Below, in pieces: positions 18,490-27,762 of a stretch of 64,000 nucleotides of DNA. Within the stretch, counting starts at the first letter, position 1; every line of letters starts with the position of its first letter. This DNA is from Minisyncoccia bacterium (GTDB lineage: Bacteria > Patescibacteriota > Minisyncoccia > Moranbacterales > GCA-2747515), in contig JBGSQF010000013.1 in assembly GCA_041738235.1 (NCBI GenBank), forward strand, positions 193,899-257,898, written 5' to 3'. The position numbers and the translations under genes are program-made. A model generated the notes under the pieces. It worked only from the letters and a program-made list of their open reading frames with translations, was not told where the DNA came from and did no database searches.

Positions 18490-19770
18490 ATGCCGAAAGA
18501 AATTGTCACTGTGGTTGGATTGGGGTATGTTGGACTTCCTCTTGCGGTACTCGCCGCCAAAAAAGGTTTTACCACACAAGGACTTGAACAGAACACTGAA
18601 AAGGTAGATCTCGTTAATCGTGGAGAAAATTTCTTACAAGATGAGTTTCTTAAAGAACACTTCCAGGCCGGCATGGTAAAAGCGTCTGTAAAGCCGGCGA
18701 TACTCAAGAAGTCAGACATCATTATTGTATGCGTCCCAACGCCCGTAGACGCCCAATATAATCCCGATCTTGGACCTGTGCGTGGCGCAGTAGAAGCCAT
18801 TGCTAACAATATTACCCTTGAGAAAAAACCCCTTATTATTATCGAGTCCACGATAAACCCCGGCGTATGTGAAGAGGTGGTTGAACCCCTATTGCGAGAA
18901 GCTGGCTTCAAGGAGGGAAAACACTATGACCTCGCGCACTGCCCTGAACGCATTAACCCGGGAGATCCAAAGTGGAACGTTACGAATATCCCTCGTGTCG
19001 TAGGCGCTGCCAATCCCAAAGGACTTAAACGAGCCGTCGCTTTCTATGAAGCTATCCTCGACGCTACGGTACGCCCTATGAAGTCGCTCCGCGAGGCAGA
19101 GGCGGCCAAAGTGGTCGAAAATTCTTTCCGCGATATTAATATCGCTTTCGTCAATGAGCTCGCGCGGTCATTTGATGCCCTTGGTATCGACGTAGTAGAC
19201 GTCATAGCCGGAGCCGCAACCAAGCCCTTTGCTTTTATGCCTCACTGGCCAAGCTGTGGCGTGGGCGGACACTGCATTCCCGTCGACCCCTACTATCTTA
19301 TCGAACGAGCCAAGAAAGCCGGATTTGACCATCGATTCTTACGCACTGCGCGCATGATCAATAACGCCATGCCCAACTATACGGTCGAACTTCTTCAAGA
19401 CAAGCTCAACGACGTTGGACTTCCAATGAATGGAACAGCTGTCGGTGTTTTGGGAATTGCCTATAAAGCCAATGTGAACGACGTTCGCGAATCACCCGCC
19501 ATCCCCATTATTCGCGAGATCAAGAAACACAAGGCAACTGTTCTCACATACGATCCTTATATTCCTAAGCAGTCGACAGAGAAATCTCTCGAATCACTTC
19601 TCAAGAAATCGACAGCGTTAGTTTTGGTAACGAATCACAAGATATTCACTGATATTGACCCTCAAGTATTCCAGAAATATGGCATTAAGGTCATTATTGA
19701 TGGCAAAAACTGCCTCAACAAAACAGCTATAGAGAAGCTTGGCATCCTCTACAAAGGCATTGGCCGATAA
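18490..19770 (+). CDS. UDP-N-acetylhexosamine 6-dehydrogenase (WecC/WbpA family)
   Basis: GLGYVGLP, CVPTP, IEST, CPERINPG, GVGGHCIPVDP, DVRESP. Confidence 0.95.
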   Translation: MPKEIVTVVGLGYVGLPLAVLAAKKGFTTQGLEQNTEKVDLVNRGENFLQDEFLKEHFQAGMVKASVKPAILKKSDIIIVCVPTPVDAQYNPDLGPVRGAVEAIANNITLEKKPLIIIESTINPGVCEEVVEPLLREAGFKEGKHYDLAHCPERINPGDPKWNVTNIPRVVGAANPKGLKRAVAFYEAILDATVRPMKSLREAEAAKVVENSFRDINIAFVNELARSFDALGIDVVDVIAGAATKPFAFMPHWPSCGVGGHCIPVDPYYLIERAKKAGFDHRFLRTARMINNAMPNYTVELLQDKLNDVGLPMNGTAVGVLGIAYKANVNDVRESPAIPIIREIKKHKATVLTYDPYIPKQSTEKSLESLLKKSTALVLVTNHKIFTDIDPQVFQKYGIKVIIDGKNCLNKTAIEKLGILYKGIGR

Positions 19771-19805
19771 TAGCAACCACCGATTTAAAAAGTAATACAC
19801 AACAT

Positions 19806-20039
19806 ATGTTTTCTCTCCTAAAACTTATTATCTGGATCGTTGGGTTTGTAATGGTCACCGCATTTGTACTGAGCTACTTTGGATACGAAGTAAATTTCAA
19901 CTATTTTAGCGAAAGTAAAGAAGAGTGCCTCAAAAGACTCGACGAATGCAAGAACAAATACATCAAGCAAGGCACTAAAAACGCAAAGTGTGATTTTAAT
20001 TGTATGAGCTCTGATCTGATCATCAAGAAAGAACAGTAA
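19806..20039 (+). CDS. Small membrane-anchored Cys-containing protein
   Basis: N-terminal TM helix and 4 Cys. Confidence 0.7.
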   Translation: MFSLLKLIIWIVGFVMVTAFVLSYFGYEVNFNYFSESKEECLKRLDECKNKYIKQGTKNAKCDFNCMSSDLIIKKEQ

Positions 20040-20059
20040 ATAAGACTCTTACACCTCCT

Positions 20060-20470
20060 ATGAAAAAAAGGATCCCTTACGTTCTCACACAAGATGACCT
20101 AAATGAGATCACTCGTCTCTTTTCCGATTACCAAGAATTTCGCCCAAAAAAATTACTCGGCCTCTCATCCCGAGACACTGAAAGCCTAGACAAGGACGCT
20201 GAGCTTCATCGACGCGCTCAAATGCTCAGTGATCATTTATCTCTATCGGGATCTCGCGAAATAAAACCACTTGCCCCACACTGGTGGATGGCCGTGCTCC
20301 GAAAGGCACGAGAAGCAGATCCCCATTTTCAGCTTCCTGTTGAAACAATAGCGCTAAGCAGCACTGAATTTTGGAAAGGTCTCATCGATATGAACAATAC
20401 CCCTCCTCACAAAGAAGACGAGAAGGATGAGCGAGATAAAACAATAGAACCATCCATTCCTTTGCGATAA
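20060..20470 (+). CDS. Hypothetical protein
   Basis: 136-aa ORF in a co-oriented run. Confidence 0.65.
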   Translation: MKKRIPYVLTQDDLNEITRLFSDYQEFRPKKLLGLSSRDTESLDKDAELHRRAQMLSDHLSLSGSREIKPLAPHWWMAVLRKAREADPHFQLPVETIALSSTEFWKGLIDMNNTPPHKEDEKDERDKTIEPSIPLR

Positions 20471-20517
20471 ACATCAAAGAAGCCTTTTAAAAAAAGCTTA
20501 AATTCTAAACCCATCCT

Positions 20518-21468
20518 ATGAAACTGGTTATTAATATTCCCGCCTTCAATGAAGAGGTGGCCATCAGTAAAACTATACAAAGGATCGCTCGACACTACGA
20601 CGGGATCGACGAAGTAAAAGTTCATGTTATCGATGACGGATCCAAGGATAGAACAGCGGCCGTCTCCCGAGAGGCTGGTGCCGATCTCGTTTACTCACAC
20701 CCTACAAACCGCGGGATTGGAAAGACCTTCCGTACAGCGGTAGAGCAAGCACTTGAGCACGGGGCAGACATTATGGTCAATATCGATGCCGATGGACAAT
20801 TCGATCCCAATGATATCCCCAAGCTCCTTACACCCATTCTTGAAGGGCGCGCGGATATGGTAATTGCCAGCAGATTTGGTAAGCATAAAGCCAAGAACAT
20901 ACCAAGCATCAAAGATAGTCTCAATCGTTTTGCTGCCAACATCGTGAGTCGCTTTATGAAGACCAAGATCGACGATCTTACCTGTGGATTCCGAGCACTA
21001 AGTCGCGAAACAATGCTTCGCCTCAACCTCCCTGGAGACTTTACCTATACACAAGAAACGATCATTGATGCACTTGGGAAGAATCTCAAGCTTGTTTGGA
21101 TTCCCGTCACCGTCACTTATTTCGCGGACCGAAAGTCCCGCGTTGTCAAAACCGTTTGGGGGTTCGTCAGTAATAGCGCCAAGATCATCCTTAAAGCCGT
21201 CCGAGATGTACGACCGATGAAGTTCTTTGGCATCCCCGGACTGATCCTGGTCTTTTCCGCGATCGTTGTTTTTATCATATTTCTTACTTTCTACTTCCAA
21301 AACTTCGAAATAACCCCCTATCGAAACTGGCTTCTGCTTTCCATCGTTCTCTTTCTTATCGGTCTTCAGTGCTTGGTGTTTGCCCTCATTGCCGACATGA
21401 TCAAAAGCAACCGACGCCTCATGGAAGAAGTGCTCTATTCTCTCAAGAAAGAAAAGTACAATAAATAG
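20518..21468 (+). CDS. GT2 polyprenol-phosphate glycosyltransferase-like
   Basis: IPAFNEE, IDDGSKD, IDADGQ, TCGFRA; two C-terminal TM helices. Confidence 0.93.
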   Translation: MKLVINIPAFNEEVAISKTIQRIARHYDGIDEVKVHVIDDGSKDRTAAVSREAGADLVYSHPTNRGIGKTFRTAVEQALEHGADIMVNIDADGQFDPNDIPKLLTPILEGRADMVIASRFGKHKAKNIPSIKDSLNRFAANIVSRFMKTKIDDLTCGFRALSRETMLRLNLPGDFTYTQETIIDALGKNLKLVWIPVTVTYFADRKSRVVKTVWGFVSNSAKIILKAVRDVRPMKFFGIPGLILVFSAIVVFIIFLTFYFQNFEITPYRNWLLLSIVLFLIGLQCLVFALIADMIKSNRRLMEEVLYSLKKEKYNK

Positions 21469-21502
21469 ATTCCGGGTAACAAGAAATAAGAAACTATCTT
21501 TT

Positions 21503-22606
21503 ATGCGAATTCTTTTTATTTCTCGTGCTTACCCACCAATACTGGGCGGCATAGAAAACCAAAATGCGGGGATTGCAAAATACCTAAGTAAAGAAACAGA
21601 AGTTCTTACACTCGCCAATACACGCGGTAAAAAATTTTTACCTCTCTTTCTTCCCTGGGTAACTCTTCGAGCGATCTTTCTTATGCATCGATACGATGCC
21701 GTGCTTCTCGGCGATGGTGTTCTTGCGCCCGTTGGAGCACTACTCAGTATCGTCCACCCAAGGAAGAAATTTATTTCTATAATACACGGCTTAGATATTA
21801 CCTATGCTAAAAAAAGATCTCTTATGGGAAGGATCTACCGATACGTTAACATTCCCTCGCTTAAAATGCTCGATCGTCTCATTATGGTTGGCAATGAAAC
21901 CATTGAACAGGCCGTGGCGGTCGGCATCGATCGCGCTAGATGTCTCTTTATTCCTAATGGCATTGACCCTGATGCATTATACAAACATACTGAACGAGAA
22001 AGACTCGACGACCTTCTCGGAATTTCCACCAAGAACAAGAAGGTTATCCTAAGAGTTGGTCGCTATGTTCGCCATAAGGGAGTCTTGTGGTTTCTTGAGA
22101 ATGTTCTCCCAAAACTTCCCAGCGATCATATTTTTATCGCCGCGGGAGGTGTTGTTGCCAATAACACTGCCGGGGACAACAACATATATCCCTTGTGTAA
22201 AAAGGTTATACAGAAACTCCACCTCGAAAGCCGAGCCTTTCTTCTCACCAACCTTCCCCAAAAGGATCTCATAACACTTTTCAACACCTGTGACCTTTAC
22301 GTTTCGCCAAACATCCCTGTACCGGGATCACTCGAGGGGTTTGGCATCAACCTTCTTGAGGCAGCAAGTTGTGGAAAAGTCGTACTTGCTAGCAACCACG
22401 AAGGCCTCAAAGACGCCGTACATGAAGGAAAGAATGGATTCCTACTCCCACCACAAGATGCTTCTGCATGGATACAAAAAATACAAGAACTAAGCGCCAA
22501 GCCGGAGTTTCTCCACTCTTTCGGAGAGTCAGCAAAGCGTTACACCGATGAACACTTCTCTTGGAAAAAGATCACCAAAAAATATCTTGTAGCCATAAAA
22601 AAATAG
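21503..22606 (+). CDS. GT4 glycosyltransferase
   Basis: YPPILGGIE, EGFGINLLEAASCG. Confidence 0.93.
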   Translation: MRILFISRAYPPILGGIENQNAGIAKYLSKETEVLTLANTRGKKFLPLFLPWVTLRAIFLMHRYDAVLLGDGVLAPVGALLSIVHPRKKFISIIHGLDITYAKKRSLMGRIYRYVNIPSLKMLDRLIMVGNETIEQAVAVGIDRARCLFIPNGIDPDALYKHTERERLDDLLGISTKNKKVILRVGRYVRHKGVLWFLENVLPKLPSDHIFIAAGGVVANNTAGDNNIYPLCKKVIQKLHLESRAFLLTNLPQKDLITLFNTCDLYVSPNIPVPGSLEGFGINLLEAASCGKVVLASNHEGLKDAVHEGKNGFLLPPQDASAWIQKIQELSAKPEFLHSFGESAKRYTDEHFSWKKITKKYLVAIKK

Positions 22607-22654
22607 CACCGGGAGGTGCTATTTTTCTCAGTACAGATTGAGTCTTCAGAGATG

Positions 22655-25048
22655 CTACATCTTAAGTTCCACACCCAGCGTGTCCAACTGCTTCAAACAT
22701 TCTTGGAACATACCTTCCACTTCATCCTTTGTAAGTGTTCTTGTGTCATCGCCAAAGACAAGGTGATAGGCAAAACTCTTCTCCCCATCTTTTTCATACA
22801 CATCAAAAAGTTCTGATCCTTTAAGGAATTTGCCAACAGATCGTTGAATCACACTGAGTACCTCAGCCGCAGAAATTGCTTTCGGTACCACGAGTGACAT
22901 ATCACGCCAAACATAGGGAAACTTCGGGAGTGGTGCGTATTTCTGTGTCGAAGGCATCGTCCCATACAACTCAGAAAGATTGGCTTCAAATAACGCCACT
23001 CTTCTTTTTACCTTCATTTCACGCAGTATGAACGGCGAGATCTCTCCTATGCGTGCAATACACTTTCCACGCGTGATGATCTGGGCACTGCGAGTCTTGT
23101 GGAAGTAGGCATCTCGTACATCCAGCTTCTGATAGGAAACTCCTTTCATCCCTAAGGAAGCAAACATTGCTTCAATACGTCCTTTGAGACATGCAAAGAC
23201 TTCATCCCCACCAGATTCTAAGGCAACGATCGCCTTAGACCCATGTACCTTTCCCACCTCACCCTTCTCGTACACTTTTCCCACTTCAAAAAATCTTACT
23301 TCATCAAAGTAACGGAGGTTTTCTTTGAGTTTTTCCAAGGCATTCGGTAGCATATTCATTCGAAATAGTTGTTGATCGGGATTCATCGGATTTTGCAAGG
23401 TAAAATGTTTCTCTTTTGGAAGTCCGAACGTCTCCGCCACTTCCGCCCTATAAAAAGAGTACGATAAAATTTCATCACACCCCACAGCGGTAAGCTCGTC
23501 TTTTATCTTCCTTTCGAACACCCTTCTCATGTTCACAGCGGGACTCTCAAGGGAAACAAGTGGTGCGACTGGAACGATCCTGTCATACCCATACAATCGT
23601 CCGATCTCTTCGATAAGGTCCTCTTGGGTATAGAGATCTCTTCGGAATGTTGGGATAGTTACACGCAGGTCAAATCGCTCACTACCACCGATCTCCTGCT
23701 GATCACCCATCGACTCTATCTGCATCCCAAGCGATCCCAATATTGAAGCAATTGTTTCTTTGGAGATACTTTCACCCAACAATTTCTCCACATAAGAAAC
23801 CTTAAGATCTATCGTCCAAGATGTCACCGGTTTAGGGTACACGTCCACGCTCGAAACGATCGTTGCCCCACATAGCGTTTGTAAAAGCTCTACTGCCCGA
23901 GAGGCTCCTATGCTGACCATATTTGGATCAATATCTCTCTCGAAGCGGTACGAGCTCTCCGTGTTCATTTTATGTCGTACACGAGATCTGCGAATGCTCA
24001 TAGCGTCAAAACAGGCTACTTCTAAGAATACATCGGCTGTTGATTCGTCCGTCCCACTATCGCGCCCACCCATTATGCCAGCAAGTGCTAATGGTTTTTC
24101 TGTATTAGCGATCACAATATCTTCCTCAGATAGCTCGATCTCACTCTCATCAAGCAATGTCATTTTCTCACCTTCTCGAGCGTTACGGATATGAATTTGT
24201 AGATCATCTACTCCCTCCTGATCATCACTTGCCACTATTTGACGAACATCAAAAGCATGGAGAGGTTGCCCTGTTTCAAGCATGACATAGTTAGTAATAT
24301 CCACTACAGCGTTTACCGAACGCATTCCACAGAGAAGAAGTCGCTCCTGCATCCATTTGGGCGAGTGACCATTTTGAACATTGGTAAGACGCACTCCCAT
24401 ATACCGACTACATTGCTCTTTCACCTCTATCTCAACATTTTCACTCTTCACCGTAGAATACTCTTTTGAAGAAAAGTTAAGATTTGTATTCTGTATCGCG
24501 CAAATTTCCCGAGCTATCCCGATATGCGCTAATGCATCGTGACCTCGACTCGAAAGGATCGAAAGTTCCAACATAGCATCTCCGGTCCCAATAATATTCG
24601 AGAAAGGAGTGCCAAGAGGAGTCTTTGGATCTAGATGTGCTATGCCGCTATGGTCTTCTCCTAATCCCAATTCATCCTCAGCACAAAGCATCCCATGCGA
24701 TGTTTCCCCCCGAATAGCAGACTCTTTGATCGTCATCCCATTAGGAAGCGTGGTGCCCACCGTTGCCACCGGCACCACATCTCCAGGTGCAATATTCTTT
24801 GCACCACAGACAATGTTTAGGATCTCCTTTTCTTCCGGATCTATTGTGACCTTTGTCAATGAGAGCTTGTCAGCGTTAGGATGTGGAGCTACCTCTAAAA
24901 TCTTTCCTGCCACCACGCCCTGTGAGATCGACGACGACTCTTCCAATGAATCTACCTCAAAACTATAGCGCGTAAAAAGCTCCGCCATCTCTTTTGGCAA
25001 AAGTTGCGTCCCCGCCAGTTCGTTAAGCCAGTTGACTGAATATTTCAT
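22655..25048 (-). CDS. pheT: Phenylalanine--tRNA ligase beta subunit
   Basis: HPNADKL, IVCGAKN, VDITNYVMLETGQPLHAFD, SYRFER, EDLIEEIGRLYGY. Confidence 0.97.
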   Translation of the reverse strand: MKYSVNWLNELAGTQLLPKEMAELFTRYSFEVDSLEESSSISQGVVAGKILEVAPHPNADKLSLTKVTIDPEEKEILNIVCGAKNIAPGDVVPVATVGTTLPNGMTIKESAIRGETSHGMLCAEDELGLGEDHSGIAHLDPKTPLGTPFSNIIGTGDAMLELSILSSRGHDALAHIGIAREICAIQNTNLNFSSKEYSTVKSENVEIEVKEQCSRYMGVRLTNVQNGHSPKWMQERLLLCGMRSVNAVVDITNYVMLETGQPLHAFDVRQIVASDDQEGVDDLQIHIRNAREGEKMTLLDESEIELSEEDIVIANTEKPLALAGIMGGRDSGTDESTADVFLEVACFDAMSIRRSRVRHKMNTESSYRFERDIDPNMVSIGASRAVELLQTLCGATIVSSVDVYPKPVTSWTIDLKVSYVEKLLGESISKETIASILGSLGMQIESMGDQQEIGGSERFDLRVTIPTFRRDLYTQEDLIEEIGRLYGYDRIVPVAPLVSLESPAVNMRRVFERKIKDELTAVGCDEILSYSFYRAEVAETFGLPKEKHFTLQNPMNPDQQLFRMNMLPNALEKLKENLRYFDEVRFFEVGKVYEKGEVGKVHGSKAIVALESGGDEVFACLKGRIEAMFASLGMKGVSYQKLDVRDAYFHKTRSAQIITRGKCIARIGEISPFILREMKVKRRVALFEANLSELYGTMPSTQKYAPLPKFPYVWRDMSLVVPKAISAAEVLSVIQRSVGKFLKGSELFDVYEKDGEKSFAYHLVFGDDTRTLTKDEVEGMFQECLKQLDTLGVELKM

Positions 25049-25049
25049 A

Positions 25050-26081
25050 TTAAAACTGTCTAATAAATCTCAGATTCCCACTGTGAAATAACCGAATATC
25101 GTCGATCTTATATTTCATCATCGCGAGTCGCTCCACGCCAAATCCCCAAGCAAATCCTTGATAACGATTTCGCTTATATCCCGCAGCTACAAACACGTTT
25201 TGGTTGACCATTCCAGCTCCTCCGATCTCCAACCATCCGGTTTGCTTACAAGAACTACACTTTTCTCCCCCACACACCATGCAACTAATATCAAATTCAA
25301 AACTCGGCTCCGTAAAAGGAAAAAAACTCGGTCGAATTCTTACCTTCGTTTCCCGTCCAAAAAATCTTGAAAAAAACTCCTCACCCACATACTTGAAATT
25401 TGCCACATTGACATCGTCTCCCACCATCAGTGCTTCAAATTGGTGAAACGTATGTTCATGTGAGGCGTCGGTGGCTTCATTACGAAAACATTTCCCCGGA
25501 ACAATAATACGAAATGGCGGGGTGTGTGATTGCATATAATGCACCTGCACCGGCGAAGTGTGCGGACGAAGCGCTAACCTTTCCCCATTCTCATTCTTAT
25601 CCGAAAGCCAAAAAGTATCCCAAGCATCACGTGCTGGATGATTGGCAGGAACATTTAAAACATCGAAATTATACAACTCTGTCTCTATCTCTGTCCCATC
25701 AGCGACATCGAACCCCATTGAGGAAAAAATACCTTCTATGTCACGGAGTACATGCGTGATCGGGTGCAAGTGTCCGATCTCAACCTTCTTCCCCGGAAGT
25801 GTCACATCGATCCGCTCACCCTCCCAATCAAAGTCTCCTTGCTCGATCTGAGCCTTTCGATCATCCAGTGCGAACAGAATATCATTTTTTACTGCCTGTA
25901 CTTGTGGCCCAAATTCTCGACGCTCTTCAGGACTCATCGACCCCAAAGACTTCAGCACTTCCGTCAGTGCCGATCTCCGACCCAAGAATTTCGCTCGAGC
26001 ACTTTCTAAAGCATCCAAAGTATCGACTTCAGAGATCGCCTGTATCGCTTCAGTTTTGATCACTTCGATATTTTTATTCAT
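25050..26081 (-). CDS. pheS: Phenylalanine--tRNA ligase alpha subunit
   Basis: HPARD, HTSPVQ, FPFTEPS, GFAWGFGVERL; start at MNKNIE. Confidence 0.97.
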   Translation of the reverse strand: MNKNIEVIKTEAIQAISEVDTLDALESARAKFLGRRSALTEVLKSLGSMSPEERREFGPQVQAVKNDILFALDDRKAQIEQGDFDWEGERIDVTLPGKKVEIGHLHPITHVLRDIEGIFSSMGFDVADGTEIETELYNFDVLNVPANHPARDAWDTFWLSDKNENGERLALRPHTSPVQVHYMQSHTPPFRIIVPGKCFRNEATDASHEHTFHQFEALMVGDDVNVANFKYVGEEFFSRFFGRETKVRIRPSFFPFTEPSFEFDISCMVCGGEKCSSCKQTGWLEIGGAGMVNQNVFVAAGYKRNRYQGFAWGFGVERLAMMKYKIDDIRLFHSGNLRFIRQF

Positions 26082-26179
26082 AGAACTATCGTAACAGATA
26101 TTTATTCGTTTGCAAAGAGGACAAAACAAAAACGGGACCGTGTACGGCGAGTCCCGTTTGTTGTTTTTTTGCGAAGAGT

Positions 26180-26437
26180 TTATCGTTCCTCGAGAGGACG
26201 AGCTTCATTCACAACGAGTGTTCGTCCGCCGAATTCCTTTCCGTCGAACGTCTCAATTGCCTTGTCCGCATCAGCGTCAGCCTCGAATTCTACGAATCCG
26301 AATCCACGTGATCGGTTGGTCATTCGGTCCACGATGATGCGAACCGAGGAGACAGCTCCCGCCTCAGAAAAAGCGGCCTTCAACTCCTCTTCTGTGGTGG
26401 AATAAGGAAGTCCACCAACATATAATTTCTTTGCCAT
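26180..26437 (-). CDS. RRM RNA-binding protein
   Basis: RNP2 KLYVGGL, RNP1 RGFGFVEF, VVNEARP. Confidence 0.95.
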   Translation of the reverse strand: MAKKLYVGGLPYSTTEEELKAAFSEAGAVSSVRIIVDRMTNRSRGFGFVEFEADADADKAIETFDGKEFGGRTLVVNEARPLEER

Positions 26438-26599
26438 AACAAAACATGTTTTACCGATTAATAAGCGTAAGGCCTCTTGAACGCTTACCTTCCGGGTGAA
26501 ACATGCCGTACACACGGTATCCACGCACAGAAGAAACACTTTCTTGAGAATACTTACTGCTTTACAGTATACACTATCCGACCAAAAAAGTCAATCATT

Positions 26600-27751
26600 C
26601 TATTCAAAAGGACTCCACTTATTCCTTTCTAAATAATCACTCTTCAGTCTCGCAAACACTGGCCTTAGAACATTCGAAACTTGTTGTTTCGTTAGATTTA
26701 CCTTTTGTCCAACTTCTCTAAGAGACATTCCCTCTGAATCTATATCGCTATCCCAGTCATCTCCTGTTTTTATTCCAAAATAGAGACAGACCATTTTTCT
26801 TGTTCGTTCGTTCTGGATCTTCCCTATGATGTCTTGGACATACTCCTTGAGTTGCTCAGTAAATACTTCATCCTCACCCGAATTTATATCCTGAAACGGT
26901 AAGGAAGCGTCTCGCGCTTCAGGCGGTTCAGCGCCACTTTGAAGAGAAAGATATTGAAACACACCGTAAGCATTTCTGAGGTGTTCTAGGTCCTCAGAAG
27001 TTTCCATGGGGATGCCCAATGCGTGCATCTCCTCTGCGACAGCCTCAATAAATTCTTCGTCACTTTCTGGATTACGTCCATAAAAGTCCCGAAAATGTGC
27101 AAGAGCCCTTTTATACTTCCGAATTACATGGGCGCTCTTGCTGGTCGTGGATTCCCGAATCAGGTTATCACCATGCATTTTAAGACGTTCTTGAATACGA
27201 TTGCGAATACAGACCGCGGCATATGATGGAAAAGAAATTTTTTCCTCAGGCTCATAACCTTTCAACGCCTGCAAAAGCCCCTCAGCTGCATATTGAAACA
27301 GGTCCTCCCTATCTGCTTCAGAACCCCACAAGAAAGGCCTCATCACCATCTTCAAGAGACCAATGTTTGCCAAAACTGCTTCCTGCAACTCTCTCTGACC
27401 GTTCTTGTCTTCTTTTTTTGTCAAATTATCGAGTTGCAAGAAGTGCTTTGCTCGACCCAACACACTCAGGAATCCTTCTTCCGATACCTTCTGACCATTT
27501 CGAAAAAGCTCTTTCTTCTTGATCGGCCTTTCTCCGACTAATGCTGCCGATCCATTCTTCCTACTTTTCCATACATAGGGATTTTTTTTAAAGAGTGCTA
27601 TGTCTGACCACATATAGAGAAGAGCTCCCGCTTCTTCCTGTGAAAATTTTTGCTCTCCCTCCAAGTCTTCTCCTTGATCAAAGCGTTCTTGTCTTTTTCT
27701 CAGTTCTTCTCCGATCTGAGGAGAATATGGTATATGCCCCAATTCTTTCAT
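26600..27751 (-). CDS. Divergent sigma70-family factor
   Basis: Region 2 (NIGLL...EDLFQ...GLLQALKGYEP..ISFPSYA..CIRNRI) and region 4 HTH (MSLREVGQKVNLTKQQVSNV). Confidence 0.8.
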   Translation of the reverse strand: MKELGHIPYSPQIGEELRKRQERFDQGEDLEGEQKFSQEEAGALLYMWSDIALFKKNPYVWKSRKNGSAALVGERPIKKKELFRNGQKVSEEGFLSVLGRAKHFLQLDNLTKKEDKNGQRELQEAVLANIGLLKMVMRPFLWGSEADREDLFQYAAEGLLQALKGYEPEEKISFPSYAAVCIRNRIQERLKMHGDNLIRESTTSKSAHVIRKYKRALAHFRDFYGRNPESDEEFIEAVAEEMHALGIPMETSEDLEHLRNAYGVFQYLSLQSGAEPPEARDASLPFQDINSGEDEVFTEQLKEYVQDIIGKIQNERTRKMVCLYFGIKTGDDWDSDIDSEGMSLREVGQKVNLTKQQVSNVLRPVFARLKSDYLERNKWSPFE

Positions 27752-27762
27752 ATTGTATAAGC

